Below, one piece after another: positions 1 to 9,286 of a stretch of 42,561 bases of DNA; the stretch's first letter is position 1, and every line of letters starts with the position of its first letter. The translations under genes and the position numbers were made by a program. The stretch is from the NCBI GenBank assembly GCA_964645535.1, contig CAZYCQ010000027.1, positions 1-42,561 on the forward strand, given 5' to 3'. This DNA comes from an uncultured archaeon (GTDB lineage: Archaea > Asgardarchaeota > Heimdallarchaeia > Heimdallarchaeales > Kariarchaeaceae). The notes below the pieces were generated by a model, which was not told the origin of the DNA, did not search any database, and was given only the letters and a program-made list of their open reading frames with translations.

Positions 1-3000
1 AATCACTTTCAAATGTTCTCCAAACAGACGAAGAAAGGTACTTGAGTATACTTATGGGGATCTTTACTTCTTTCACTAAGGAAATCTTATCAGATCTTAA
101 TTCTCCTAACAACTGATCTGGTAGAAGGGGGATAACTAAGGGGTTGGAAAGCATGTGCAAAATGCTCTGGGATCGATAAAGGTCGACAATCTCTGCAAGA
201 AGTCTTCCATCTAGATTCAGGAACAGAGGACTTTCAAGGAATGGCAAAAGAAAATCATTAAGTTTTTTGGGAAGGTGCATTTCTTTTGCACCAATCATTG
301 CCAAATCTTGGACAGTTCTGATATCTTTGACGTCCAACCAATCAAGCCTGAATGGAATGGGAATTGAACAATTGGTCCAAGAATACCATCCAAGATGGAG
401 GATATCTTTCATAGTGGAAGTGTCCAGATCATTTTGCCTGAAAACCAAAATTGCCTCAATGATATTCTCAGCACCTTGTTCTTGGGCAAATTCCATTTCT
501 CCAGGAAATGCCGTCAAATGGATGATATTGCTGAACAGAAAACGCTTCAAATCAGCAATTTCTGGGACTGAGGATTTGACGAATGGAATTACTTGATCTA
601 GAAATTCAATGCCGTTTTCCTTTAGTGATTTAATCAGTTCATTATCGGGTAGAACCTCTATGGGGATTCCTTTTGAGGAAAGGAGGATTCTATATTTTTC
701 TGTGGAAAATGTATCCTTCAATTCACGGAAGAATTTCAACGAGAGACCAGTCTTATCAGAAAGCTCATAGGGGTCTCTTAATATCAATTCCTCAATTGTT
801 GCCAAATTTGCATTCATCAGTGCCCTAAAGCTTGCTGGATCGATATCAAGAAGGGTAATGGGGGTATTGCCGCTTTGACTTAATTCAATGAGGAAACCAG
901 GAGTGTTGAAAGCCTCAAATAGAGGCAGTAGCCAATCATCATGATCGGGAGAATACCGAATCAATATTTCAGCTACTTTTTCGTCTAATATATCTTCATG
1001 TGGTGGAACAATGAAAGGAGCAAAGGCAGATTGTCTTAATTCAAGCATCAACAAAGATGGCAATCTTCTAAGTGCTTGTTTATCTACTTTATCCGGTGAA
1101 TTGATCCAGTTTTCTAGAATGGATCCATCGACAGGTGTTTGTGAGATGGCAGTGGCAGGGATTTTTGCCATTGCAACAAAAGGTCTAAAATCAATGAAAC
1201 GATTAGTCAATCGAGTTACCAAGGTATCAAGTTCAGCATCGTCATCAGACAAATCTTCTTCAGAAACGAATAAAAGATCCGCTAATGTAAGAATACCTTT
1301 TCCATTGAGTAAATCAAGTTCTTCTTCTGTTACAGAAGGAAATTCAGACAATGGCAAATCCAAAACCATTTGTGTATGTTTGATAAGGGTGGCCAAAGCA
1401 GGGTCATTAATGAAAGAATCAGAACTCAATTGATATTTAAGTTCTTGAAGTGTATCGATATCGCTACATTCGAATACACCTGATTTTGTTATTGACCTAA
1501 TCTCAGCTTTTCTGAAAATGTTGATGTCTTTGAGTGGAATACCATTCTCCTGTTCTGCCTCAGCCACTGTTTCACGAGAAATGTTGTCCAATATGAACTT
1601 GATTTCAGGTTTGGAAAGTCCAGTGATTTTAGAGGTTTTATTAATTGGAGTCAGAAGAAGGTTCAATATGCTTTTGATTCCACTTTCATGTAATTTCTTC
1701 GCGTGGAAATATCGAAGGTTGGGAGTAAAGAAAACCGTTTTGTCATATGCTTCGACAAGTGATGAAAACTCAAGAGCGTGCTTTAGATTTTCAAACCGTT
1801 CAGCAGGCAATCTGGTTTTTTGTTCAAGAATTTTGTCGCCAGTCAGCAGAAAGTCAATGATGGTCTGAATTCCACTTTTTGTCAGGGTGCTAATGATCTC
1901 TTCACCAAGTTCCTCTTCGGCAAATTTGACAGGGAGTTGGAGAAGTTGTTTGATTGAGCTTATGGCCTCCCATGGAACAAGATAGGAATCCCAACTCTCC
2001 TCGAATGTGGAGAAATAGAGATCCTCCAACGTAAGAAGATCATTTGCCTTCAGATGGGTGATTTGAATGGGTCTGAAAAGGTTAAGTGATTCCAAGTCAA
2101 TTCCAACTTCCTGAAGAATTACAGTAGTCTGTCTGGTCTTAGTCTGTTCAATCGGCCAGCCAAGGATTTCTGAAAGTTCTTCTGCCGGAGTGGTCAGAAA
2201 GTCAAAAACACGGGTAAGTTTTGCTTTGGATAGTTTCTTTAATTCATCTGCTTCCAAGGTTATGTATTTGAATTGTTTAATCTGTTCTTTTTCGTCAGCC
2301 TCAGGATTCTTTTCTGGGAGTGGAATTTCCTCTTTCCATGATAGAAGGACAGCAGGGGAACGAAGAAGAGATTTCATTTGGGAGATAACAGGCCATGTTA
2401 GTCCATAAACCTCAAACGTTTTGACCTCTGTCAGATAGTAGAGTTTCTCAATCGTATCATATCCAGATTCAATCAAAGATTGGATTTCATTGGAAGTGAA
2501 GTGAGGTACATTATCTACCTCAAATTCAAAGACACCCCTATACTTCCCTTTGGACACCTCAACTGCGATTGGTGTTCCTCGGAGTTTCAGGGAAGATTTT
2601 TCAATTTTGTCTTGTATCCGTTTCTTGGACTTTCCAAGGATATTGGCGATTCGAGTTGTCGGAGACAAAAACAATTGGTATATTCTTTTAATGCCATGCT
2701 TGCCTAATGTATCAATTTCAGAGCTTGAAAATTCACTTAGATGGACAAGTGAAAGATCGAGCTTTCGTTTTGCATTGAATACCTGAGCAACTCTGAAATA
2801 CAGGTTTTCAGGGTTTACCTCCTTTTCATCAGGATGATCAATCAGATAGAGAAAGAGATTTACAGCCTCAGAGGCTTTTTTCCCAGTCACCATTGAGGAG
2901 ATTTTGGATTTGGGGGAAGTAAGTAGCTGAAGGAAATTCCTAACACCTTTTGCCTGAAGCTTCTTCAATCCTTGCTGGAAAACCTTCTCAAGCTTTTCAT

Positions 3001-6000
3001 CCTTGAAAAATCCCGTAATTTCGGGTAGAGGACTGAAAAGGGCGGAATTTATGAGGTTATGTTTCACGATTTTTTTGCCTGCCATTGAATCAGGCAGTCT
3101 ATCCTTCCAGAGAATGGAAACAAGTTGACCGACGGTAAGAATGTTGAAAAACTTTGTAGCTTCTATTTCTGAAGAATTAAGAAATGTAATTGTTTCAATT
3201 GCAGGATCCTGTGCTTTGGCTTTTTTGATCTGTTTGAGATTAAACCCTTCTTGGAGTAATTCAAGCCATTCTTCAGACAGACCGGTTATCCTTGATATTT
3301 CATCTTTTGGCCAGATCAAGAACTTTCCAATTGTATTTATTCCTGCATCAATGAGAAAATTCATTGAGGGAATCAATTCATCAGACAGGAGATGAACAGA
3401 TTCAGCCAACAGCATGAAAAGTTCGGCCAACAGTGATTTATCTGTTTCACTTTCGATTCTTTGGTAGACACGATCAAAGTTGTAATAAAACTCTTCCAAA
3501 GTAAAAATTCCGACCTTATTGAGGATTTTAGCATTTCTTTTTCCAATCAAGTCAAGTTTATAGCCGTATTTCTTTTTCAGATTTTGCAGATCTTCTTTGT
3601 ATTCATTTTCATCAATCGGCGTTGCCAAGAATTCAAAAAGTTCTTCCAAATGGTTTTCGTTTATGTAATCTTCCAGTCCAGGCTCGATCACCTTGATTTC
3701 ATCTAAGGGGCTTACTTCATTGATTTGCATCAAACTATCGATGACACGATTCTTACTGTCTTCGAACAATAATATTCTCAGTTCATCGATTTTTTTGTGC
3801 TTGCTCATTTTGTGCGAATTGAGGTTTGCCAATTCTTCAAGAGTTTCAATTCCCAATTTTTGGAGGAGGGGAATAAATTTGGCACTTGTTTCAGATGCCA
3901 TAGTGTAGGGATCCAAAGGTGTCGAATAACCCATTAAAGTTTCCATGAGGTGTGTAAAAAGGAACCGTTGCAGTTCCCTGATTTCATTGACCACTTCAGA
4001 AGGCGTAGATAAGAGATCCTTGACTGTCTGCAATTTTCTTCGTTTGAATGCATTCCTCGTGTACCCATCAAAAAAAGGTTGGGGATTGTCAATACGTACT
4101 TCAAGGACAGAGGGGGTTTCATTTCCAATGTTATTCAATTTTTCCAGATATGTCTGGATAAGATCTGGACCAATGTTTTCTGAATTGATTGGGTTTGATG
4201 GGTGTGTTGTTTCTATTAGAAATTCGATATGGTTGGCAACCTTTCTTTTGCGAATTTCTGGGAATTTCAATAATTGGTCAAGGTCTGGGAGGAGATTTTT
4301 GGGATCAAGCAATCTTTGAAGGTCAATCTCTTCTTTATTTAGATCAATTTCAGATTTTGCTGTTGAAGGATCAAGAAATTCTTGAAGGGAAACTTTGTCT
4401 TCTTCGCTTAATTCATCCTCACCGACCATGGTTTCTTCAGCTAGTGATTGGGCAGAACTGAAATCAAGAGATTCAAGATCTGAGATCAAGGTTTCATTTG
4501 TTGAAAGTCTTTCATTGTATTGCTGGATTTCGTAAAGAAGAACAAGTTTTAACTCTTCAATTAATTTCGGTAATAGTCCTTGAACCTTATCCAATAAATA
4601 TGGTGGAGTTACAAGATAGTCCCAAGATGTTTGAATCCATCTTCTAGGAAGTGCTTTGGAAAGATGGGGCAGTTGAACTTCAGCATCACGTGAATGGAAT
4701 CTTCTTTCAATTTCCGGTGGAACAAGCAAATCAATTGGAAGGGAAGGAATATTTCCATAGGTTCCATGGATCAAGATTGTTTTTCGTTTGTAATAGTCAA
4801 TTCGTTCTGCTTTAATCCTCAATAATTTTGCAAGCCGTGCATTTTCGGTTCTGAGGAATTCTTCCGTTGTAAATATATTGTTTGATTGAAGTTTCAGTTT
4901 CCATTTTTCAGGAATCCAAATAGGTTCGATGAAAATTGATCTTCCCTTTGGAAGGTCAAATCTTCCAATTCGTGGCTCCCCTGACGAAAGTGCTGCAATA
5001 AGCCGTTCAGGTTTGAGTCCCACATCAGGATCCCACCGATTTGCTCGCTTCAGAATTTCGAGTAAATTATTCGCAGTCTGAGGAGCATATCGTTCAAAAC
5101 GTGATCGTCTCTGTCTTTCACGTTGTTTTCGTCTAGAACGGTTAAGGAATGATTTTAACTTTCGACCGAGTTGCAACAATGCCAATTTTATTTCTTCTGC
5201 AATCTCATCCACTTTGTCAATGTATTCTTTTGATGTTTCCGGGAAGGGAATTTTGGTCGATACGAGGGAGACCGCGATTGCCAAAGGATCAGATTGGCGT
5301 GTCAGACCATATTCATTCCACTTAATCGAATCTATGACATGTTTAATCACATCATTTCCTGCACCGAAAATCAAGGGAATACGGTTGGCATATCTATAGA
5401 TTACCTTGTTGTCGATAATTGTTGCCCCTTTTGATGCGGTTGCCTTATTGACCCCTCCACCATAGCCTATTGCAGCCTCAATAATAAAAGGATGTCCTTC
5501 ATAAGCTTTTGGCGGTCTGGTGACTGCTTCAACGAAAATCGGTTCTAATTCTTTCTCAATACCTTTACGCAATCTGTCTGCGCCCAATGGAGAAAGAGCA
5601 TCCCCTTTGGGCTCATCAAATTTGAAAATCCTATCTCTTTTTCTTTTTACTTCTTTTGCCTCACGGAAAGCTCTTTGAAATCCATCATGAACAATCCGCC
5701 TAATATCCTTTTCAGTCAGCTCCGAAGGTTTTTTTGTTGGATCAACACCTACTTCCTCAAAAAATGATTGTGCGGCTTGAAGACTTACGCCCATGAAGTT
5801 TTTTGAAAGAAACTCAACGACTGTGTCATTTGGGTCAGCCTGTGCAATCTCTCTTCGGAATGTGGTAATGTCGGTTCCCCAAGGGTGAACAGGGACAACC
5901 TCAGGAGGTTTAGGCAGATCATCAACGACCCTTTTGAAAATCAGTTCGTCTTCAGTTCCTGGTTCATCGCCAGGAAGGAAAATATGCATGTCTGCATAAG

Positions 6001-6742
6001 GGGTAATAATTGCCAATTGTTTGAAGTATTCTCTCACGTAATTCTTTGCTTGACCCCAGTTTCCAGTAAATGAGACCGTAACTTCTGTTCCGAAATCTTC
6101 GAAATAATCGGGGTCTTCTGGATGAATCACTTCATCAGAGATGATTATTGGCTTGTTTTGTTCCAAATTAATCTTCAACTTCACTCGATATGTGACATCA
6201 GATCCAATAGGTCTTGTAGTAATTTGGATGGGGAGATCCAGAGTAGACATTGAGTAAAGAAGAACCATCTTTGAACCGAGACCAAAACGTCCACGGGTTT
6301 GTTGAGCGCCATATTTTGTACCTGCAAGTACGGTTCCGAACAATTGCGGAATCAATTCGCGGGGAACACCGACACCATTGTCACGACATGTAAGTTGAAG
6401 GAAGTCCAATTTCTTGTTGCCCAAACGCGTTGAATCCATATCCATGAGATTGGAGACTTCTTCAACGGTCATTCGTCTGAGTCTCAGGAATATATTAGGG
6501 GTTACATTGCGTTTTTCTGCGGCATCTAACGCGTTTTCCACAAGTTCACGAATTGATGTAAAGACAGCCCTCAAAGGATTCCCAAAACCGGCTATGCTTT
6601 TGTTGTCATTGAAGAAGACAGCTGCACTTGCTGAACGAGCCTTTGAATCTGATCTTTTAATTTTCTTTGAGGGTGTTTGCTTAGTGACAATTTTTTCTTT
6701 TGAGATGGTCTTAGGTTTCTTTGGTGTCTGCTCGGTAGCCAA
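1..6742 (-). CDS. top6B: Giant DNA topoisomerase VI subunit B fused to a long array of HhH-like repeats (3' end lies outside the window; at least 2247 aa)
   Basis: Hand-translated from TTG at 6742 (AGGGG upstream). GHKL motifs: FFNDNKSIAGFGNPLRAVFTSIRELVENALDA, CRDNGVGVP, LAGTKYGAQQTRGRFGLGSK. Transducer motifs: RPPKAYEGHPFIIEAAI, RYANRIPLIFG, KWNEYGL, STKIPFPETSKEYI. No in-frame stop found by hand from about 5290 down to base 1. Its absence from the ORF track is consistent with no stop inside the window. Confidence 0.95.
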   Translation of the reverse strand, partial: MATEQTPKKPKTISKEKIVTKQTPSKKIKRSDSKARSASAAVFFNDNKSIAGFGNPLRAVFTSIRELVENALDAAEKRNVTPNIFLRLRRMTVEEVSNLMDMDSTRLGNKKLDFLQLTCRDNGVGVPRELIPQLFGTVLAGTKYGAQQTRGRFGLGSKMVLLYSMSTLDLPIQITTRPIGSDVTYRVKLKINLEQNKPIIISDEVIHPEDPDYFEDFGTEVTVSFTGNWGQAKNYVREYFKQLAIITPYADMHIFLPGDEPGTEDELIFKRVVDDLPKPPEVVPVHPWGTDITTFRREIAQADPNDTVVEFLSKNFMGVSLQAAQSFFEEVGVDPTKKPSELTEKDIRRIVHDGFQRAFREAKEVKRKRDRIFKFDEPKGDALSPLGADRLRKGIEKELEPIFVEAVTRPPKAYEGHPFIIEAAIGYGGGVNKATASKGATIIDNKVIYRYANRIPLIFGAGNDVIKHVIDSIKWNEYGLTRQSDPLAIAVSLVSTKIPFPETSKEYIDKVDEIAEEIKLALLQLGRKLKSFLNRSRRKQRERQRRSRFERYAPQTANNLLEILKRANRWDPDVGLKPERLIAALSSGEPRIGRFDLPKGRSIFIEPIWIPEKWKLKLQSNNIFTTEEFLRTENARLAKLLRIKAERIDYYKRKTILIHGTYGNIPSLPIDLLVPPEIERRFHSRDAEVQLPHLSKALPRRWIQTSWDYLVTPPYLLDKVQGLLPKLIEELKLVLLYEIQQYNERLSTNETLISDLESLDFSSAQSLAEETMVGEDELSEEDKVSLQEFLDPSTAKSEIDLNKEEIDLQRLLDPKNLLPDLDQLLKFPEIRKRKVANHIEFLIETTHPSNPINSENIGPDLIQTYLEKLNNIGNETPSVLEVRIDNPQPFFDGYTRNAFKRRKLQTVKDLLSTPSEVVNEIRELQRFLFTHLMETLMGYSTPLDPYTMASETSAKFIPLLQKLGIETLEELANLNSHKMSKHKKIDELRILLFEDSKNRVIDSLMQINEVSPLDEIKVIEPGLEDYINENHLEELFEFLATPIDENEYKEDLQNLKKKYGYKLDLIGKRNAKILNKVGIFTLEEFYYNFDRVYQRIESETDKSLLAELFMLLAESVHLLSDELIPSMNFLIDAGINTIGKFLIWPKDEISRITGLSEEWLELLQEGFNLKQIKKAKAQDPAIETITFLNSSEIEATKFFNILTVGQLVSILWKDRLPDSMAGKKIVKHNLINSALFSPLPEITGFFKDEKLEKVFQQGLKKLQAKGVRNFLQLLTSPKSKISSMVTGKKASEAVNLFLYLIDHPDEKEVNPENLYFRVAQVFNAKRKLDLSLVHLSEFSSSEIDTLGKHGIKRIYQLFLSPTTRIANILGKSKKRIQDKIEKSSLKLRGTPIAVEVSKGKYRGVFEFEVDNVPHFTSNEIQSLIESGYDTIEKLYYLTEVKTFEVYGLTWPVISQMKSLLRSPAVLLSWKEEIPLPEKNPEADEKEQIKQFKYITLEADELKKLSKAKLTRVFDFLTTPAEELSEILGWPIEQTKTRQTTVILQEVGIDLESLNLFRPIQITHLKANDLLTLEDLYFSTFEESWDSYLVPWEAISSIKQLLQLPVKFAEEELGEEIISTLTKSGIQTIIDFLLTGDKILEQKTRLPAERFENLKHALEFSSLVEAYDKTVFFTPNLRYFHAKKLHESGIKSILNLLLTPINKTSKITGLSKPEIKFILDNISRETVAEAEQENGIPLKDINIFRKAEIRSITKSGVFECSDIDTLQELKYQLSSDSFINDPALATLIKHTQMVLDLPLSEFPSVTEEELDLLNGKGILTLADLLFVSEEDLSDDDAELDTLVTRLTNRFIDFRPFVAMAKIPATAISQTPVDGSILENWINSPDKVDKQALRRLPSLLMLELRQSAFAPFIVPPHEDILDEKVAEILIRYSPDHDDWLLPLFEAFNTPGFLIELSQSGNTPITLLDIDPASFRALMNANLATIEELILRDPYELSDKTGLSLKFFRELKDTFSTEKYRILLSSKGIPIEVLPDNELIKSLKENGIEFLDQVIPFVKSSVPEIADLKRFLFSNIIHLTAFPGEMEFAQEQGAENIIEAILVFRQNDLDTSTMKDILHLGWYSWTNCSIPIPFRLDWLDVKDIRTVQDLAMIGAKEMHLPKKLNDFLLPFLESPLFLNLDGRLLAEIVDLYRSQSILHMLSNPLVIPLLPDQLLGELRSDKISLVKEVKIPISILKYLSSSVWRTFESD

Positions 6743-6764
6743 TTTCTTAACCCCTATTCTTGCA

Positions 6765-6827
6765 ATGTGCAAGCATTATTTCAGCTCATAATTTGGCGAT
6801 GACATTAGAGTTATCGCCAATGCACAT
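6765..6827 (-). promoter_or_regulatory. Nested inverted repeats in the top6B upstream region (structured leader or operator)
   Basis: ATGTGCA(6765-71)/TGCACAT(6821-27) encloses TTGGCGATGAC-N6-GTTATCGCCAA (6793-6820) and ATTAT-N8-ATAAT (6775-92). A TATA-like TTTAATTA lies on the minus strand at 6849-6856. Confidence 0.4.
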
Positions 6828-6960
6828 CATCCTAATAGTTGTTCTCTGTAATTAAAGGTTATCTATTGTACATTTATCAATTAACAATATTAATTTCCAA
6901 CGAAATGATTATTTATATAATTAATTTGCTATGAATATATCTGTCAAATTTTCATTGAAT

Positions 6961-8532
6961 TCAGAAAAAATTTGTTTCAAGAAACAACTTAATTCCTCCT
7001 TCATTCCGAGAAAGAAGAGATTTTTTAAGCATATTGGCAAAATTCATTCTTTTGGCTTCTTCATTTTCGATTATCAAGGTAAGCGTTGATCCAAGTTCCA
7101 TTCGAATTCTACTTTCAGTTTTCAACCATTCGAGTATTGAGAAATCTTCATCAGGGGAGTAGGTAGGATTAGATTGGCAAATGAAGTGCCTAAAAGTGGA
7201 CAATCTCTTTGTCGAGGAATTTGACAGTTCTTCCATGAATTTGGCGGAATCAAAATTTCCTAAGGAAATAAAGTCCAACATGGAAGTTATCCTCAAGGTT
7301 TCTTTAATGACACGTCCTTTCAATCCAATTTTCTTTAGATCGTCACCGTTCAATGGTTTAGGAAGAATCATGTAGCCTTGTTTGAACTTTTCCAGTTCTG
7401 CTTGAAGTTGGGTATATGATGAATTGTCAAGTTCGCCCATCAGAGACAATGTTTTTTTGGTTTCTTCAAGGAGCGGGAGGGCAAAATTCTTTTGTCTCAT
7501 GGAGAAGTAATATGCTGGTTTGAAAATCCATCGTCGAATTTCCCCATTACTTGTTTGTTGATCAGATAGATGAAAAGCCCCATCCAGAAGAATAAGTTTG
7601 ACTGCAATTCTCAAACATTGCCATTTTCCCATACCAGGGTATCGTTTGAGGAAAAATTTGCTTATTTTATCGATATTCTTTTCCGAGAAATTTTCATCGA
7701 TTTTGAGATGATTGAACAGGCCCCTCAAATAAATCAAGGCAAAAGTGGTTTCAATATCGAGCATATTAAGAATTGAATGGTATTTCTTTTCGAGCGATTT
7801 ACACCAATCGCTGGATTCAGGAAAAAGGACATCGGAAAGACCGGTTTGGTTCAGATACTTGATCCCAATGGAAGGACGGGCTTCAAAGGTTTTCTTCAGT
7901 TCAACGTAAATTCGTTCAAGAGAGACATTATGTTTTTTCAATAACGAAGCGGAATGCTTAATTGCATTGAGCGTTTGGTTTTCTATTTCAAAATTTAACT
8001 TGGATGCGAATCTTATGGCCCGTATGATTCTTAGGGAATCTTCTTCGAAACGTTCTTGAGGAACCCCTACTGCTCTAATGGTTTTGTTTTTTAAATCCTC
8101 CAACCCATTAAAGGGGTCATGGACATTTCCATCGGAATCAGCAGCCATTGCATTGATTGTAAAGTCTCTTCTTGCCAAATCCGCCTTAAGATCAGAGACA
8201 AATTCAACATTGTCAGGTCTTCTTCCATCAGAATATGATCCTTCAACTCGGAAGGTAGTTATATCGATCTTCACTCCCTTGAAATAAACACCCACAGTCC
8301 CATGCCTAATTCCGGCATAAAATTGCTTGTATCCTTTGAATATTTTTTTGATTTCATCAGGTCGTGCGTTCGTTGCGATATCTATATCAAAGTCCTTCAG
8401 GTTCAATTCAAAATTATAGAGTTCTGCAAGTAGAAGATCCCTGACTGTTCCACCGACTATAAACGCGGTAAAACCGGCATCTTCGATCAATCGCATAGCT
8501 TCTTTCGCTCTGGATGGAACATGGACCTTCAT
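6961..8532 (-). CDS. cca: CCA tRNA nucleotidyltransferase, class II (bacterial/eukaryotic type)
   Basis: GGTVRDLLL, DIDIAT, ITTFRVEGSYSDGRRPD loop, DLARRDFTINAMA, EDSLRIIRAIRFA templating motif. Confidence 0.9.
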   Translation of the reverse strand: MKVHVPSRAKEAMRLIEDAGFTAFIVGGTVRDLLLAELYNFELNLKDFDIDIATNARPDEIKKIFKGYKQFYAGIRHGTVGVYFKGVKIDITTFRVEGSYSDGRRPDNVEFVSDLKADLARRDFTINAMAADSDGNVHDPFNGLEDLKNKTIRAVGVPQERFEEDSLRIIRAIRFASKLNFEIENQTLNAIKHSASLLKKHNVSLERIYVELKKTFEARPSIGIKYLNQTGLSDVLFPESSDWCKSLEKKYHSILNMLDIETTFALIYLRGLFNHLKIDENFSEKNIDKISKFFLKRYPGMGKWQCLRIAVKLILLDGAFHLSDQQTSNGEIRRWIFKPAYYFSMRQKNFALPLLEETKKTLSLMGELDNSSYTQLQAELEKFKQGYMILPKPLNGDDLKKIGLKGRVIKETLRITSMLDFISLGNFDSAKFMEELSNSSTKRLSTFRHFICQSNPTYSPDEDFSILEWLKTESRIRMELGSTLTLIIENEEAKRMNFANMLKKSLLSRNEGGIKLFLETNFF

Positions 8533-8650
8533 ACTTTCCTCATTCTCTGAAACTTAAAATCAATATCTATTGCTTCGCAACTGCGTTAATTTTTAGATTT
8601 CAGAATTTCCATTTTTTTTGAACTATAGAGATAATTTAAAAGATACAATT

Positions 8651-9286
8651 ATGGAAAGCAAAACGTTGAAGGTCATAATTTTAGTAGGTCTACCGCTTTC
8701 AGGTAAATCAACCCATGCACGGATTTTGGAAAAAGAGGAAAATATTCCTCTCGTTGAAACTGGAACCTTTGTGTACAAGGCTGTTGAGGAAAGAGGGTTG
8801 GAAGCAACTCCCGAAAATATTGTCAAGGTTGCAGGAGAATGTAAGGCTCAATCAGATTCATATTTTACGGAAAGGGCACTTGAATATATTGAAGAGAATT
8901 ACAATGATCGACCCGTTGTTTTTCTTTCAGGTGTCAAAGCAAAGAGTGAGGTTGACCTTTTGAAAAACAAACTAGGAGACAAAAATGTCTTTATTGTTTC
9001 TTTCCATGCATCAAGGGAAACAAGACATGGTCGTTTGCAGAACAAAGATCGAATGGAAGCATCCAAAGCCCAAGGTGAAGGCAAGTTGACCGAAGATATT
9101 GCCATGGCCAATGACATCAGTAGGTTTGATTTAAGGGACAACAAAGAATTGAGCTATGGTTTGGGAAACCTAATTGCCTTAGCAGATTATGTAATAAACA
9201 CCGAGGACAAAAGGTGGCCTTTCAATAATGCTGAAACCACCCTTAAACAGTTCAAGGAAGTAATTGCAGAAATCAAGAATTCCTAA
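8651..9286 (+). CDS. P-loop nucleoside-monophosphate-kinase-fold protein (archaeal UPF0200/dephospho-CoA-kinase-like)
   Basis: GLPLSGKST Walker A and C-terminal RDNKELSYGLGNLIALADYVIN, typical of this archaeal family. ATG at 8651 preferred as start. Confidence 0.7.
   Translation: MESKTLKVIILVGLPLSGKSTHARILEKEENIPLVETGTFVYKAVEERGLEATPENIVKVAGECKAQSDSYFTERALEYIEENYNDRPVVFLSGVKAKSEVDLLKNKLGDKNVFIVSFHASRETRHGRLQNKDRMEASKAQGEGKLTEDIAMANDISRFDLRDNKELSYGLGNLIALADYVINTEDKRWPFNNAETTLKQFKEVIAEIKNS

Noticed and set aside
1-5000. Intein or frameshift-fused second gene explaining the top6B length
   Set aside because: No intein splice or LAGLIDADG motifs were seen, the Top6B core is uninterrupted, and the frame is continuous.
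267-6791. Many short ORFs listed in the first 6.8 kb, nearly all on the plus strand
   Set aside because: They are antisense or alternate-frame shadows of the giant minus-strand top6B ORF.
6793-6845. GGCGATG...TCGCC resemblance to a fluoride riboswitch
   Set aside because: The loop length and the downstream CTRATG pseudoknot partner do not fit, and no fluoride-related gene is adjacent.
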